From the NCBI GenBank assembly GCA_002633005.1, contig NMRA01000267.1:1-64000 (forward strand): 64,000 bases of DNA, in the 5' to 3' direction. The position numbers and the translations under genes are program-made. This DNA is from Phoronis australis (taxonomy: Eukaryota > Animalia > Phoronida). Positions 12,301-27,300 of the stretch are shown here, piece after piece (the stretch's first letter is position 1; each line of letters starts with the position of its first letter). The notes beneath the pieces are model-generated. The model was not told where the DNA came from. It saw only the letters and a list, made by a program, of their open reading frames with translations, and did no database searches.

Positions 12301-15300
12301 AATATCAGTACATAACACCAACTACGAGTCTTGTATTGTAGTGCACTACAGCAGCACTTAGAACATGGGATGTGTTAACAGAAGTCTATAGATGTAACCA
12401 CAGCAAAATGTTGGCTGACTCTTAAACAGCTGCTCCATAACAAGGGTTGGCAAGGATGTGGCATTATCCTCAGTGGGTAATTTGCTCTCCAAGTGGGCAG
12501 GGGGAATCAGCAAAGTAGTATTGTTTCAGATAGATTTTTTATTATTTGGTATAATTGTCTTGTGAACTCATTTTTCTGGTTGTCCAAATATTGTGTTGAT
12601 TTGACTTTTGCTCGCCTGTTGCCATTCACCTATCAATTATGTGGAAGAGAGTCCCCTTAGAAAAAGACAGTACTTGCAAAACCTCCCTACTTTGAGTCTG
12701 TCTAGCCTTTTATAAATAAACCGTATTGACAACTACATTTTATTAATTAGCACACTGAAATGAAAGCATTCTGACCATTTCTGAATTGTGCTTCATGAGT
12801 GGGAGATTAAACAGAGGTGAGAATTCTATTAGAAAATAAAAAACCTCCAATCATCCTTTCCAAAATGGGCACTTCTAGTAAACTTGCAAAATGGAAACTA
12901 CATCTTTTTCTAAAAAAAAAACATTTTGTTCAAACACTGTACTAAAATAAAACAATAAAAACATGAAAAAATAATGACTAAAAGTGAACACTGAAGAATA
13001 CGATACTTACACCAGTGTTTCTTGAGAAAGTTGTTAAGTTATAAGCAAAAGCATTCAAGTCAATCTTGGTTATCTCTTGCCTAGCCTGTAAATAAAGTAA
13101 CGTTTAGAATTTGTTATACACAGAAAACAGAAACTGGTTCAAACTGAAATGTTTCCACTCAAAATACATTGAACAGTTGGCATCTAGCAATTTACAATTG
13201 TTAAACATTCGAGGCTAAACCAAATTGTTGTAAACTGATAAAAGAGTTCAAGCAAAACAAAATCGGCAAATAAACTCAAATGAATAAATTGAGATTGTGT
13301 TATTGTTATTCAGTGAATCTCTACTAAGTATATATCTCAATCAGTCAAAAACATTTTGAAAATAAAACACATTAGGTATTGCAACACATCTTCTAAAGCA
13401 AAAGTCGCATACTACGTAAAACCAATGGAGTCAAGAGGCCCTTAGGAACTCCGTGTTAAATAAAACTTCATTGGACTTATATAAAAAATCCTACCTCGTT
13501 CAAAATTTCTGTGGAGTTGATACTGTTTAAGTTGGAGTTTCCAAGGTCTTGCAGCTGTTTTTTCAGCTGTGGAGTGAGTATAGTAATGTTCGGCAGGTCG
13601 ATAGAAATGTCGAGTGCCCCAGTCAGGTTGTATTTCTGCAAAAAAACTGTTTTCTTGACTACAACAATAATATGTACATAATATATCAGAAAATCAAGTG
13701 ATAACTTTTAAACAACAATGAAATTCAATACAATAAAAAACAAAAAACCTCATATCTTGGAATGAAATGCTAATACTGTACACTGGATACAATTTTTGGT
13801 GAACAGCTAGAGAATTATAGAAACTATTCCATCACATCATTTTCACTATCAAATCAACTAAGCTAAGACAAATGTTAAATTTCAGTCACTTTTAAGACAA
13901 AACTTAAATTTGTCTCAAGTCCATTTCAAGAAAGAGATCTTAAGTTTAACTTTTGGTGTAAGATTTGTCTTAATTTTGACTATAAACTTACCGAAATAGA
14001 TGTGGAAGTTACAAAGTTTGAAAGCTGAGACGAATTTTAGACTTACGTCAAAAACGAACTTCAGTCAGTTTCTTGGAACTAGCCTGATTTAAAACTTTAA
14101 CCACTTTCGACAAAATAAATTTCGTAAAATCTCTGCTCTTACTCAAATTAGTTCATCTTTTAAAGGCACTGTGATCACCATCATGGGAAGAACTTACCTT
14201 TCTAGAGCACATGTTTTTTCACTTCATTAGGCATGATGAAATGAAAGGAGCGAAAAGGTTCAGGATGTTTCACACTCGAAGTGGTTGCAAAATGGTTCAC
14301 AATGAATCCTTTTTAAAATTACTCAAATTGCCTAGTAATAGTTTCCATGGTTACTAAATGACTATGCTTGGAAACATATACTGTTACAACACCATTCTTT
14401 GAGAACATGTAACTATTTACTTATTGAGGATGTGTTAAACACATTTGTTCAGGGGTATTCAAAGAGAAAGGACAAATTTTGTGTTTATACACTTGTCTAA
14501 TGATTTTCCACACATTAAAATTTGGTATATTTGGTAGATTTCAAACCAATATTTTAAGGTTAGTGGTCCAAAAAAGCATTTTTTATGTATAGAATGACAT
14601 TTTTTTCATTTGATGATTTATCAGTCCTTTTGCATTAGGTATGGTTTTTCTCCAAGCTTTACATAATATCACGGTTTCTAAAAGGCAGTTTGTAATTTAA
14701 ATGTAAATGGACGCCACCCTTCCTAAGTGTGTAATGTGTATAGGTATGAATGGTGATCAAAGTACTCAGCAAGTCTGTTATATTATGTTTTGCGCTTACA
14801 TAAAAATCCCCAATCTTCACGCACAAAATATCACCTAACCATTTATTTACCCTAGTGCAGATTTTTAGTTTTCTGAGAAATGTACCATAATAGAATAAAT
14901 CCTGTGGAACAGAATGCAATTCAGAAAAAAGCTAATGAAGAACATGTAAGTCGTGAGCCTTATTTTATTTTAGTTTGCGTTTGCCAGAAAAAGCCACTCA
15001 CGCTTTGAAATAGCAGGAGTGTAAAAATCCCTTCAATTTTTCTCTTCAAGTTTGAATTTTAAGCCTCTGAAAGTGCACCCACTCAATCACTCTCATACCA
15101 TGAATCAAATGATTGACAGTTCATCATGATTGCACTATAAGGAAATCACTGATTCAAGAAAAAGTAGTGATCAGGCACTTTTACCTTCACATCTAATACA
15201 TCATCTAAATTGATGAAAGATGACAAGTGGAAGGCTTCGTAGGCTGATGAATCGCCTTTGCATTCTCTGAAATGAGAAAAAAAATAACTTCAGCAACATA

Positions 15301-18300
15301 AAAGTGGCCTGCTATCTAAATAAAAATAGAAACAAAACATTGCAACTAATGTAAGTTCTACCGTAGATTGTATGCACACCCAGCAATCATCTTCACAAAC
15401 CACTTTTTGACCTATGTGTATAAGAATAAGGCCAACAAAAGCATTTGGTTCTTGTCTACGACCACAATCTTTTGGAAGCTATACATCATTCACCACAAAA
15501 ATCTAACATGTGTGACAAATGCAATGACTTAAGAACACTAGAAGAACCCAAGGGCATGAACAATTATTAGGTACACTTTTTGCTATTAGAGGCAATGTCT
15601 TCTCAAAAGAAGGCTGAAAGTCATATCTGTAACATGTGTTATTTGAATGCTGGTCTTGAATGTCATATGGTTCACTTTAGTTATTAAATGCTTAAAACCA
15701 CCATTTACCTTGTTTTGAAAAGTGACTATAATGTCAGCATCGTTAAATCTTCCCTTATAAGACTGCATATCGTAACTGTGAATTCAATATCCCAAAAAGA
15801 GGAGATAAAAGAAAACCGACTTCAGCTGAAAGTTTCTTCGCTCCAAGGACATGAGTTTGATGTATAATGTACCCAGCGCCAATGTGTCATGTCCATCATG
15901 AGTTTCTTGTACACACACGAGCAATATCAGCCCTTTTCTGATATCCCACGGGAAATTGAAAAAAGCCACAGTGTGGTCTAATACTAAGTTGTCACAACCA
16001 CCACAATGCCACCCTCCACATTACTTTTTCCCAAAATCTACAGGAAAATGAGCGGCAATAACTGACGACTTAACACAATGAATGAATATTAGTGCTGTGA
16101 ATGGTTGTCGCGACTTTAAGAAGTATGTATCAACCAATAAATCCTTGTAACTAGTGTTTGTGGGTGTTCTAATCTGACAGTTGATCGACTGGTGGGGTTG
16201 TTTCTTTGGTGTTTTTGATATGAAATTAGTGATTTTAAGCACTCTAAGTTATGTACAACCTGCACCAAAACATACTTAAGGGCATTAGCGACGGAGATGT
16301 TCTGTATGGGTATGAAGGAGTCTGCCAAACTGGCCACTTTCATCCTCTGGTTTTCATTGACCAGTGGACGACACACCTCAGTGTAGAGTAAACCGCCGCC
16401 AAGAAACAGAATCAGTGTCACCAACATGAGTAACCAGGAGAACAAGAATGAGAAGCCAACACCACTGAAATATGTAAGGTTAATCTTCAATTGGACTAAT
16501 CATAAATTACCAATCAAAATAATTCTTAATATTATTAATCATAATTATAATCATTACAACTATACTTAACAAGGTCATTAGTTTATTAATCCACTTATCC
16601 TGCTGACTGGTAAATGGTGTACCATATTCTCCCTCCTCGTTTCTGATTTAATCAGACGTCAGTTTGTCTGTATGTGTGTAACCTTTCTTGAAAAAAGGCT
16701 TGTTCGTATTGTGGAATGTTACAGGTATAATTGACAGCTGGGTCAATGAGGGGTACAGATCTTGAAAACATTCTGAAATGACTGAGGAGCACGAGATCTG
16801 AGTTAAGGATTCCACAATATGTTCCTCAATTCCACAAAAATATTATTAGTAACTTTAGGCAGAAAACAATTATCAAAAAGATATGCTCCCACGGAATACA
16901 ACAAGAGAATGTAAAAATGTTTAGTAAGCATTTAACCACAAGTTTTAAATAAGATATCAAAAACATACGCCATCAACAAGTTGGCACCGACGCCCTTGTT
17001 GCAGGTTCTAGCGTGACTACCAGGTCTTTCACCACACACGCCCACAGCAAGTCCCAGATAATAAAACAGCACAATTAGAGCAAGCACGCCACTAAGACCA
17101 ATGCCAGCATACCACCTAAAAATAGACAAAAATAGAAAAGATTCAATTGACAATTTACAATTTGTTACCAGGAAATTACCTAAGGTACAATATTTTAACA
17201 CAGTTAAAACTTTGCAAAATGTTTTCTGAAACATTACTCTCCACGGCCAGTGTACTTACCTGTCTTCATCCAGAATAACAAAAACGCGCCCATCAAAAGT
17301 ACAAAATACTACACGAAGAAAAGTTTTGTAAAGGTTTAAGACGACTCGTGACCTTATTATACGATCCCATTTCAGTTTTCCCCTTAAATCAATTGCGTGC
17401 CACCGCACAGCTGTACGTTGTGATCTCCACAATTCCCGAAAAAGTACTCTAGACCTACTTAATGGATAGTGCCTTGTAAAAACTTTTATACATTTCTACG
17501 AAACTATCTGAGGGGCAGTTAAGGTGATTTCTGAAATTTTTAACCACCATTCAAATACCATGACCAATACCAATTTTACTAGATATGCGACACAAAACTT
17601 AACAAATCGTGCACCATGCATGCTTCAAGTAATTTCTGCAATTTCATGTACTAACGAGATTAGTCAATTTTCGAGTGATGTCATAACTTAAATTTTGTGG
17701 CCATGGGAAAACGCCTGTGACCAGACAAAAAACATTGTAGTTAAGATCTACAAATCCTATGGCAAGACACTCAATACAAAGTCAGACAATATTAGACTGT
17801 GTGACTAGACCCCACAGCTACTTGTCCACAGAATTTTGGTTTGACTTTCCAACTGTTACTTAACCAAGAATATGTGATCAGAAGAGGATATCAGAAAGCT
17901 AAAACAACTGAGCTAACTGGCCGAAATATTTATTTGACTTGCTATCCGACCAAGGTATGTGAGGAGGCAGTAAGGCTATAACAACTATCAACGAAATTTA
18001 GCACCATGGATACAAAGTGGCATTATGTTATCAGACTGTTTAACACTAAGTCAAACAATGCTGTGTTGCATATACTGTGATGGATTGCAGTGGAACAACA
18101 CTTCATGAGCGACAAAGAACAATACATAAGGATTTGAATTTTTTCAAGTTGAGCCACAAGGGCAATTCACATTCAAAAAGTAACAAATGTTGCGAGATTG
18201 GTCGACTATATGATATTGAATGAGCGAATAAAAACAACATTGCGGTAACAACTGATTAATTTCATACACAACAGTTGGGTTCATATCTAAAATTATTATA

Positions 18301-21300
18301 ATAATGAATGTTAATGGCCCTTAAGAGACGGAATAGTATAATATTCGGATGAAAAATGACATTCTCTTTTAAAAATTGAGAATAGTATTAAATTAAATAA
18401 ACATTTGTCATTAACTTAAAATGTTCCATAATTTACCGTAAGCGAAAATGTTCCCAATGGCACCCTTTTCTACCAACCTGTAGTTTCCATATGTGGCTAT
18501 ATTCTCTTCTTGTTTGCCAATCGTGCTTCCAAAACTGCCAAAGGAGAATCCCTAGAAGAACCGAATGTTATGATAGCTTCATGGGGTAAAAAATGTGTAT
18601 AAAAACAGTTGTAATTTTCAAACTACAGTATGTTAACTGCTGCAAAAAGGCCAAAACATCTCAAGCACAATTTCCCCACTGAAACTGATGCCAAAAAATG
18701 CGATGATTCGTGTATACCATTGAATTAATCTGATGATGCAAAGGCATCGTCGTCTCTTTAGTAGAAACCTATTTGCAAACTCAAGAAATCTGTAAAGGAA
18801 CTCAAAAGATTTGACAAGTCAGAAATGTGCCACCATTCATCATGATTCTTCAAGCAATTTGGAGGATAGGGAGACAAAATACTAAGGACACAAAAACAAC
18901 AGAAAGGCACTGAGAGGAGCAACGTAAACCAAATCCATTTGAAACAGGGCAGGGGCTGTCGTCTATATGAGAGTAACTTATTTCAATTGTCGAAATTTCA
19001 TAAATATCCACCACGGAACTAGGTAGATATCAAAGCAAACACAAATTTACCAAAAAGCGACTCCACAGTAGTGGGACATGTCCCAAAATCCATGTCAGCT
19101 GTACTCTCCTCAATAGAAACACATGCCAATTTTCATGAAGATCCATCAACTAACAAGTCTTGAGCCACAGGCAAAAAATAATACAAGAGCAACGCAGAGC
19201 GTTGAAATGCGCCCACAACTGCACCGTATACGGTATCCTTCTAGGGTTGTTTATTGGTACCATAAAGTGGCCAGTAGAGGGCATATATGTAGTATGTTGT
19301 ACTTTGCAAAATGGAAAGGCATGGTCATTGTCTCCTCAATAGGCTAGGGGCAAAATGTTAGNAGTAAGCATATACATGCCAATTTTCATAATCCTCCTTT
19401 GAGCGGTTTGGTTGATAGAGGAGTGGACGCACAAAAAACGACTCGAAACACTAAAAATGGCCACTAGGTGGCGCAAACTATGTTGAATCCATCTGAAAAC
19501 GGTAGGATAGCGTCATCTCACTAATAGATGCCTACATACCAAATTTCATGAAAATCCGTACAGGACTTTTGAAGATACAAAGGTAAACGTAAAAAACTTA
19601 AATTGCCACTAGGGGGCACACCGGTAGTCGGATTCATCCGAAAGTTCACACATGCCGTCCCATTCATGAATGGAACATATGTGCCAAATTTCATGAACGT
19701 ATGTCAGAGGGTTTTGGAGATAAAGCAGCGGACGCCGGACAGACGCATAATGCGTCCACATATAAATATGTGGGCGCATAAAAATCTTCACAAGAAAACG
19801 CCACAGCAGTCACATCCATTTGAAACTCACCATCAGCCATGTAGACAACCATGTTCCCAGTAGAAACACTTTTGCCAATTTTCATGATGATACTTTGACC
19901 GATAAAGAGGCAAGTTCAAAAACTAGTTTCAAAGACAGGAATAATAGGCACCAAGTGGCAAAAATACGTCGAATCCATCAGAACCCAATAAAGCGGGACC
20001 ATCTCCTTAATACATACCCATCTCGCAAATTTTAAGAAAATCTGTCAAGGAAATCCGAAGATACAGAGACAAACATAAAAACTAAAATTGCCACTAATCA
20101 GTTCAGCCGTAGTCCAATCCATTTAGAAGTTCACTCGTGCTGTCATAATAGAAACATGGCTGAAAATCAATCAAGGGTTTTGGAGATACAGCAATACAGC
20201 AGCGGGGATGACGGCCTAATGCACCCATATATATATGTGGGGGTGTATACAAATGGCCACTATGTCAAATTTGTCTAAAAGTGGGAAGGCGTTGTCGTCT
20301 CCTTAATAGAAAACTATCAGCCACATTTCAGGAAAATCCATCAACAAACTCCGAAGAAACAGAAGCAAAGTTAACATAAAATACTAAATAGCCAGTAGGG
20401 GACACAACAGTAGACAGATCTGTGCGGAAGTCGCCATCGTCCGTTGTCAGCTCCATAGGAACAAAGCTTTCTTGAAGATCCTTCCAGGGGTTTTGGAGAT
20501 ATCGCCGCTGCTGCTGCTGCTCCTGCTGCTGCTGCAAGTGCTGCTGCTGTAAGTGCTGCTGCTGTGGATGCCGGACATTCAAGACAGGGATGATGGTAAT
20601 ATGCACACCCTATATGTGAGTGCATAAAACTGATCGCATTTTAAGTAATTGCAAATCATATTTCATCTGATTACTAGATTCAGAAAATGATAAATATAAA
20701 CAGTTGCTTATATAAAGACAGCTGCATTTCACAAACCCAAGACAATCATGAAGCTCTTGCGGCAAGAACTGAACTCTATCTCCTACTTCAACATTCCAAC
20801 TTCACTGAGCAATCAGTTGAATAGCTTCTTAGCATACAGGCAAAGTACTCGCATTTTGTGTGGTTGACTTAATGCCCATACCCAAAATTCACATGCTCAA
20901 TTCAGGGTGCGATTTATGTGACCTAAATTTCCTTAAAAGTGCCAGTGTCTTTGTGAAGGCCAGTCTCCCCAGACTTTTAGCTCCCAAAATGCATACACCT
21001 TGTTAACCTTCAGGTAACAAATAGTCACTTTCAATGACATTTTGCCATAATCGAGTGGGGAAAATACCCACACTTTACTGAAGATGTGAAACATTTTTTG
21101 GCTCATGTGCATTCAATAAATTATAGAGCTTGAGTGCCAAGAAAACAGGGCAAACATTTGCATACATTTGCAGACTCCCCAAAAAGTTTGTTTTTTAAAG
21201 CCTAAGCTCAGGATAATGCCCATCTGAATTCCCTCAATTTAAGCACCTGGGGGTTAACTCAAACAAAATACACTTCACCCACTAAACACACTACAACAAA

Positions 21301-24300
21301 AATTACATTACCTTAACAGTGTCTTTTACTGTAGATATCATTTTAGCAGCTTCAGAATATATCTTATTAGACTCTTCTTTGGCCTCTGGATAAGAGAACA
21401 AAATTAATCTTTTTAAAACAATGAGAAAGTAGACAAGTAAACAAAAGGAAGTAAATGCATTTTCCCTAAGGTCTCACGTTAAAAAGGATTTAATATAAAT
21501 TTCGTCTCACGTGAGATGAATACACGAGATGTTCATAAAATTATGACAAGTACCAATTGTCTTCTATTTTCTTGCTTTCAAAGAAAATGAAATCACAATT
21601 TTGTCACATGCAATCCTATTAAGGCTATTTGTTACCTTAGCAACGAGCCTGTGCATAATGGCCAAAACTAATCAAGTCGAAGTACGTAAAAATAATGTTT
21701 TCAGAAAGTAGAAATGTGTATTGGACTTCATACTATTCTGCCATCGATTGAATTACGTGACCATGTCTTTTTAGTAAAATTTGAAAAGAAAACGTACTGC
21801 TTACGTGCATTGATGGCAAAAGAATCATTTCAATAAAATGACCAAATTCTTTTTGATATTAATAATAAAGACAACAAACGATGTCACAGTGTTCTAAATT
21901 GTTTCTGTTTTTGTTTTTGTTACTTGCATTTTCTGCTGTGAAAGAATAATTTTCAACAGCATCTGATGCAAAAACGACGAACTTAAAATTTTTCCAAGTC
22001 CTGCAGAAGAATGGATGGATCAAAAATGATTTTGACCAAATCCACCATTGCTGCAACACGTTTTAAAGTTAAACAAATTCAAACATCTGTCCAGGGTTAC
22101 ACTGGAAAACAAAGGTTACAAGTGGCTAAATGTAAAAAATGGCAAGCCCTTTAATAACTAGTAATAATTCTTACGATCAACGCCATTTTGAGTTGATGAG
22201 GAGACTGTGTCCTTGATTTTATTGTATTCCTCTTGGGCCTGAAAGTGGCATAAAAGTTATTTTTTAAAATGTTGCTAAAATTATTAGAAACCAACAAAAT
22301 ATGTTACAATTCCAAAGCCTAGCACACCGGATTTCTTTGTATAAATGCCTCAAGCATTTTATCTCATGAAATCTGCAATATTTTTGTGCTATATTAATAG
22401 CATTTATCAATAGATTCATTATCATATTTATGCCCTGTCAAAAAGACTCCACCTTCATTTAAAAACGCAACCTTTTCTTTAAGAATATGGTATCTGTCTA
22501 TTCAAATTCCATGGATAAGACAACCAAAACACAACTTGATGACAATGCCATAAAAGTTACGTATTCGTAAGGATGAAGGAAAACGCAGCTTTTCGAAAGC
22601 GCTGATGTCATGATTCCATTATGGGAAGCGGGTGGGGCTAAACCTTGGTGATGTCCAGAAGATTCCAACGAAAGTGATAAGACAGAGACACAGGACAGAA
22701 ATCTAGATAGGATACTAAACCATGTAAATGGTGATTTTAACCAAAATTACTTGTATCAGTAGTCACCACTTACTCATGTCTGTAACCAATATGACAAAAT
22801 TTTGACCCACAAATAAAACAACCAAAACACATTTTCAAAAATTTTGCAGGCAAAGGAGTTAACATACTACATGAAAAATCAAGTCTTTGGATAAATCGGT
22901 GTGCTCGTATAACAGTTGCAACGATTGTATACGTGGCCCCTCTCCACAGGTATCCATGAACTCCCAATTGAAACCATAAGTCACACTTGCAAAATTAGCT
23001 AACCTTGTAAGGAGCTGTCAAAGTTGAATCAAACTTTTAAGGACTGGCAAAGGTCAACAGAGCACAGTTCCATTTCAAATATTTAAGTACTAAGTTGGCG
23101 TTAGTATGATTACCATATTCACCCTAATAAGCGTCCATGCCCCTATAAGCGACCCCTCCAACGCGTTTTCAGACTTCACTGAAATTAGTGCCCAGTCCAT
23201 GAACATGTACATACGAAAAACGACTTACCTACAGTACCAAAATTCTAGAGTAAAATCTTCAATTACCAACAAGATTGGCAGTAATGAAAAAATCAATGCC
23301 CATGGAATTTTTAGACCACCAACCTTACCACTACGTTGGTATTTAGCCGTGACTACTTCAAACTTCCGACGTGTTTAAAAGAAAAAAAACACAGCAGTTT
23401 TGCTGATCTCGCGAACAACGTGTCCCACTATAATGGACTGGCCTTTCAGAACAGACACAGAGTACTTGTCAGCGAGACTGAATCTTTCACGTAGTTTCCA
23501 ATTCTACTCCCTCAACAGGATTTCTAATTCCTTTGTACACACGAAAACCACGAATCGAAGATTAGTACTCATTCAGTTTCACGACTAAACAAACTTGGTG
23601 TTAAAAGCATGTGGCCAGGAAGCACACACTACATTCCAATCAAAACAAATGTCACGTGACAACAACATGATTGTGATTTCCGAGGTGTTCATCCAGATTT
23701 TTCTCATGTTGAGGGGTACAATTTTGCACAGATTTGGACTTAACCTGTTGTTAATCCCGACTCCATAGGAACTTAAAAATCTTAGGAATGCTTTGGAAAA
23801 ATTAAGTAAGATTTTCAGGTAAATTTGTTGAGTCGAAACTGTATTTTTATTCCAGTTGCCATATCGACAATCGCGAGGCAGTGACGCAATGGCAAGATTT
23901 CGCCCTGGGATTTCAGCATAATGTTCTGTAAAATGATTGTAAATTTACAATGAAGTTTGATAGCAATGCACCACAGTGTTGTAGAAAGTCTATCATAGGA
24001 TACAGATACGTCACAGAGCCTAAAATTCATGAATCCTAGCTTCCTATTTCACCCGTTTTCAGAGACTGGGTTTCATCTGCCTTAGGTTAAAATAACCGTC
24101 CTCGCTTGCATACAGTAATAGTCAAAATCCGGGCTTAGTATCCTTTCAAGATTTTAAAATTATGAAAGAAAACATTTGTCAACCAAAGAGCCAAATATAC
24201 CCTTTGAGAGGCCAACCTTCCATGTTTAGGGAGAGTGATGTTGACGTCCATGGCGAATTATTCTGACTCCTTTTTAATCAAACCCATTTATCTCGAGGGG

Positions 24301-27300
24301 CGGCTTTCAGAGGTTGTCCCCATGAGGCAATCAATAATGCCATCATGGACTATACAGCGATGGAAGTCTCTTTTGTCGCAGGGTAAAAAAATGCATGCCA
24401 CGTTTTGGAATGTCAGGCACATTTTCACAGGTCATATCAGAGACTGTGAAGGTGTGACCAAGGAAATATTCCTGACTTCAATTGTTCAGAAGTACCTGAA
24501 TTGAAAAGATATCTTCAAGAAAAGGGATTCTGTACATCATACTCCTATGGGTGTGCAAAACTGGTGATGATCATTGCGTCAGAGGATGTTGGAATTCTTT
24601 TACAAGCACTATCAATGGTAAAAAATGAACTTTATCTCAACAGTGAAAAAGTCACCAAACCTTATTCACAAAGTCTGTGATGTTCTGCTCCTGTACAGAC
24701 CTAATTTTAGTTAATGCTTCGTTTATTGCAGTCTCAACATCGCCCAACTGAAATAAAGTATAAGTACAATGTATAGGGGATCAAATATTACACTTAGGCT
24801 GTATCAATAGATCCTTAGGAAAAAATTTGATTGCCAAGATTATCAAACTGTCTTTGAGAAACTAGGCTTTTATAAAAAATATAAATAATATTACAATCAA
24901 ATGCTTTTTACCTTAAAACTAGCCAAAGAACATTTTAAAATTTTAAATTTAATTCTAAGAGTACAGCATAACTCGAAAACCGACCGAGACCCTGTTCCAT
25001 TGGTCAATCATGAATTAATCAACAGGCCAATGCATTTCTCATTCTCATCTTATTCATTCATTATTGTTCGAACAAAAATGTGACCTTTCATTACCTTTCA
25101 ATGGCCATACAGCACTAAACCCATAGAATTTTTGTTTACAAACTATCTGTACTCTAAGGATGTTCTGAGCTCATCGCGCTTCAAATTTGAATTCCAAGTT
25201 ATTAGAATTATACATTATTTCATTCTTTCATAATAATGTTTGAATAGAGGAATGAAGCACAATTCATGAGTTCATCATATCATTATAATTTTGCAACGCA
25301 AAGTTCACCAGGTAACAATTAAATAGCGCACACTATACTTTAATTAACATCATTCATCTAATAAATGAAAGATAGCCAGTTTTAACTACTAAATCTGCTA
25401 CACGTCTATGGAATTTCAAAAGTCATCTTTTTACTAGTAAATAATACATTAACTTTCCTTACATTGAAATTTGTTTGGACTTTCAAATCTTCCAATTTAC
25501 TCTTCATTTCGTCACACAGAGACTTAAACAAAGCAGTGCAATTGGGATGTGCACCCAGTGTTGTCGAGATGTTACTTTTCACCAAATTGAGTGCTTCACC
25601 TAGTGAAGTAGCATTGCTCTGCAGGTCACTTAAACTCTCGTTCATTGTGCTCAGGTCACCAGCCAGAATGTCTACTCCTATTAATAAAGCAAAGATAATT
25701 TGTCAGGCAGATGTCCACAAGAAACACTCATACATCGTCATCAGAAACAGTGGCAGTAGTATTAGGGTAGATGGGATGACACACAAGATTTCCCCCACAC
25801 CGCTCAGACATTGCTGAGCAAAAGACATGGCTTACTGGCTAACATCAGCATTATTAGGCAACGGGGTTATGGTGTAACAATGTAATATTATGCCAATAAA
25901 CATCAATTTGTGTTGTTTAGTGAACCTAGCAAAAATACCAACAGCAATTTTTTCAATATTCTAACACATCAGGCGATCCTTAAAATCTTGTTCCTTTCTT
26001 CTTGCTCTACCCCCAATTAGGTCGGTCAACAAAATATTTTCTACTTTCCATATTGGGACACACTCAGTTTTGTTGTAAAAACAATGATTTTTGTTTTACC
26101 TTTGAAAAAATATTTCTTTTCTCAGAGTAAAAATGAAATATTTCCAATAGAGCACACATTTTATGATCAGCTACACCAAGGAACACAAACTTTATTTTAA
26201 CTTATGTCTCAAATAAAATTGACTTTGAATTTGACAAAGTTTGCTATTAAAATAATGATCAATAGGAAAACTTAATATGAAACGTAAGCAATGTTTGTTC
26301 AGAGATAATAAAGAAAGCACTAAGCACTATGGCGTAGGTGTTTAAGACAGTAGCCACAACCACTTACTCTTGGCCAATTCCCCAGCTGTGTTCAACAGAC
26401 TTGTAGCATTGGTAAGTTCACCAACAAACTTTTGGGCGTCGTCTCCAGCATCTGAAATAAATTAGATCAGTTTACAATAAATAAACACTGTAGAAAGTTG
26501 CAACATGTTTTTCCAGTCAAGCATTCACTCACGGTAATTCTGCACGATCATGCATGGCTTATGCGTGCATTTGGGCAAATACGCATGCATGTGGAGCTGC
26601 ATCTGCATCAGAATTAAGTCGCACATATGCTAAACACCTGATAAACATAGCTTATTGAAAAAAACGTATTATTTCGAATATGGAAACATCATCCTACATG
26701 CATGCACTATAAAATAATAGTCTTATCAGATACTGTGTTTATCAATACTATTTAACATGCTGTGGCATGAAACTTTGTTCTAATTTAAGGTAACTGAATT
26801 CTTTCATTACCAAGGGCTGCATTTATTCAAGTATCTTTCTAAAATACTAAGTTTCAACCCATGATATTGGATTGTATAACAAAACCTTTGGTGACTACAA
26901 AATTTGCTAGGGCATTTGAAGTATATAACTAGTCGGTTTTACAGAAGTCTTGATTACACCTTCAGACATGAAAATTTTTACTCAAAATTTGACGAGTCTG
27001 TTTATTCGCTCTAGAATCTACATGAGCATACCTGGGTTTTTCTTGTAAAGTACTTTCCCTAAGACTTTCTAATATTCCATGAAAATTCAAGTCTTCAATT
27101 TGACAGCACAGACCTCAGGGTCGAATGCGAAAAACAGGCAAAATTGCGTTATTTTAAGTGATTCTCAGTGTGTGAAACACAAGTGAAACTGTTCACCAGA
27201 TTTTTATGGTTCATTCATAAAGATTTCTAACTTCTGTTAATGTCAAAACATCTTTCCCTTAGTTCCAAATTTCATAAAAACAATCTATGAACTGCTCGTC

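Noticed and set aside
20328-20625. Poly-Q / poly-A ORFs
   Set aside because: Derived from the (CTG)n microsatellite of a decayed HINE-like element.
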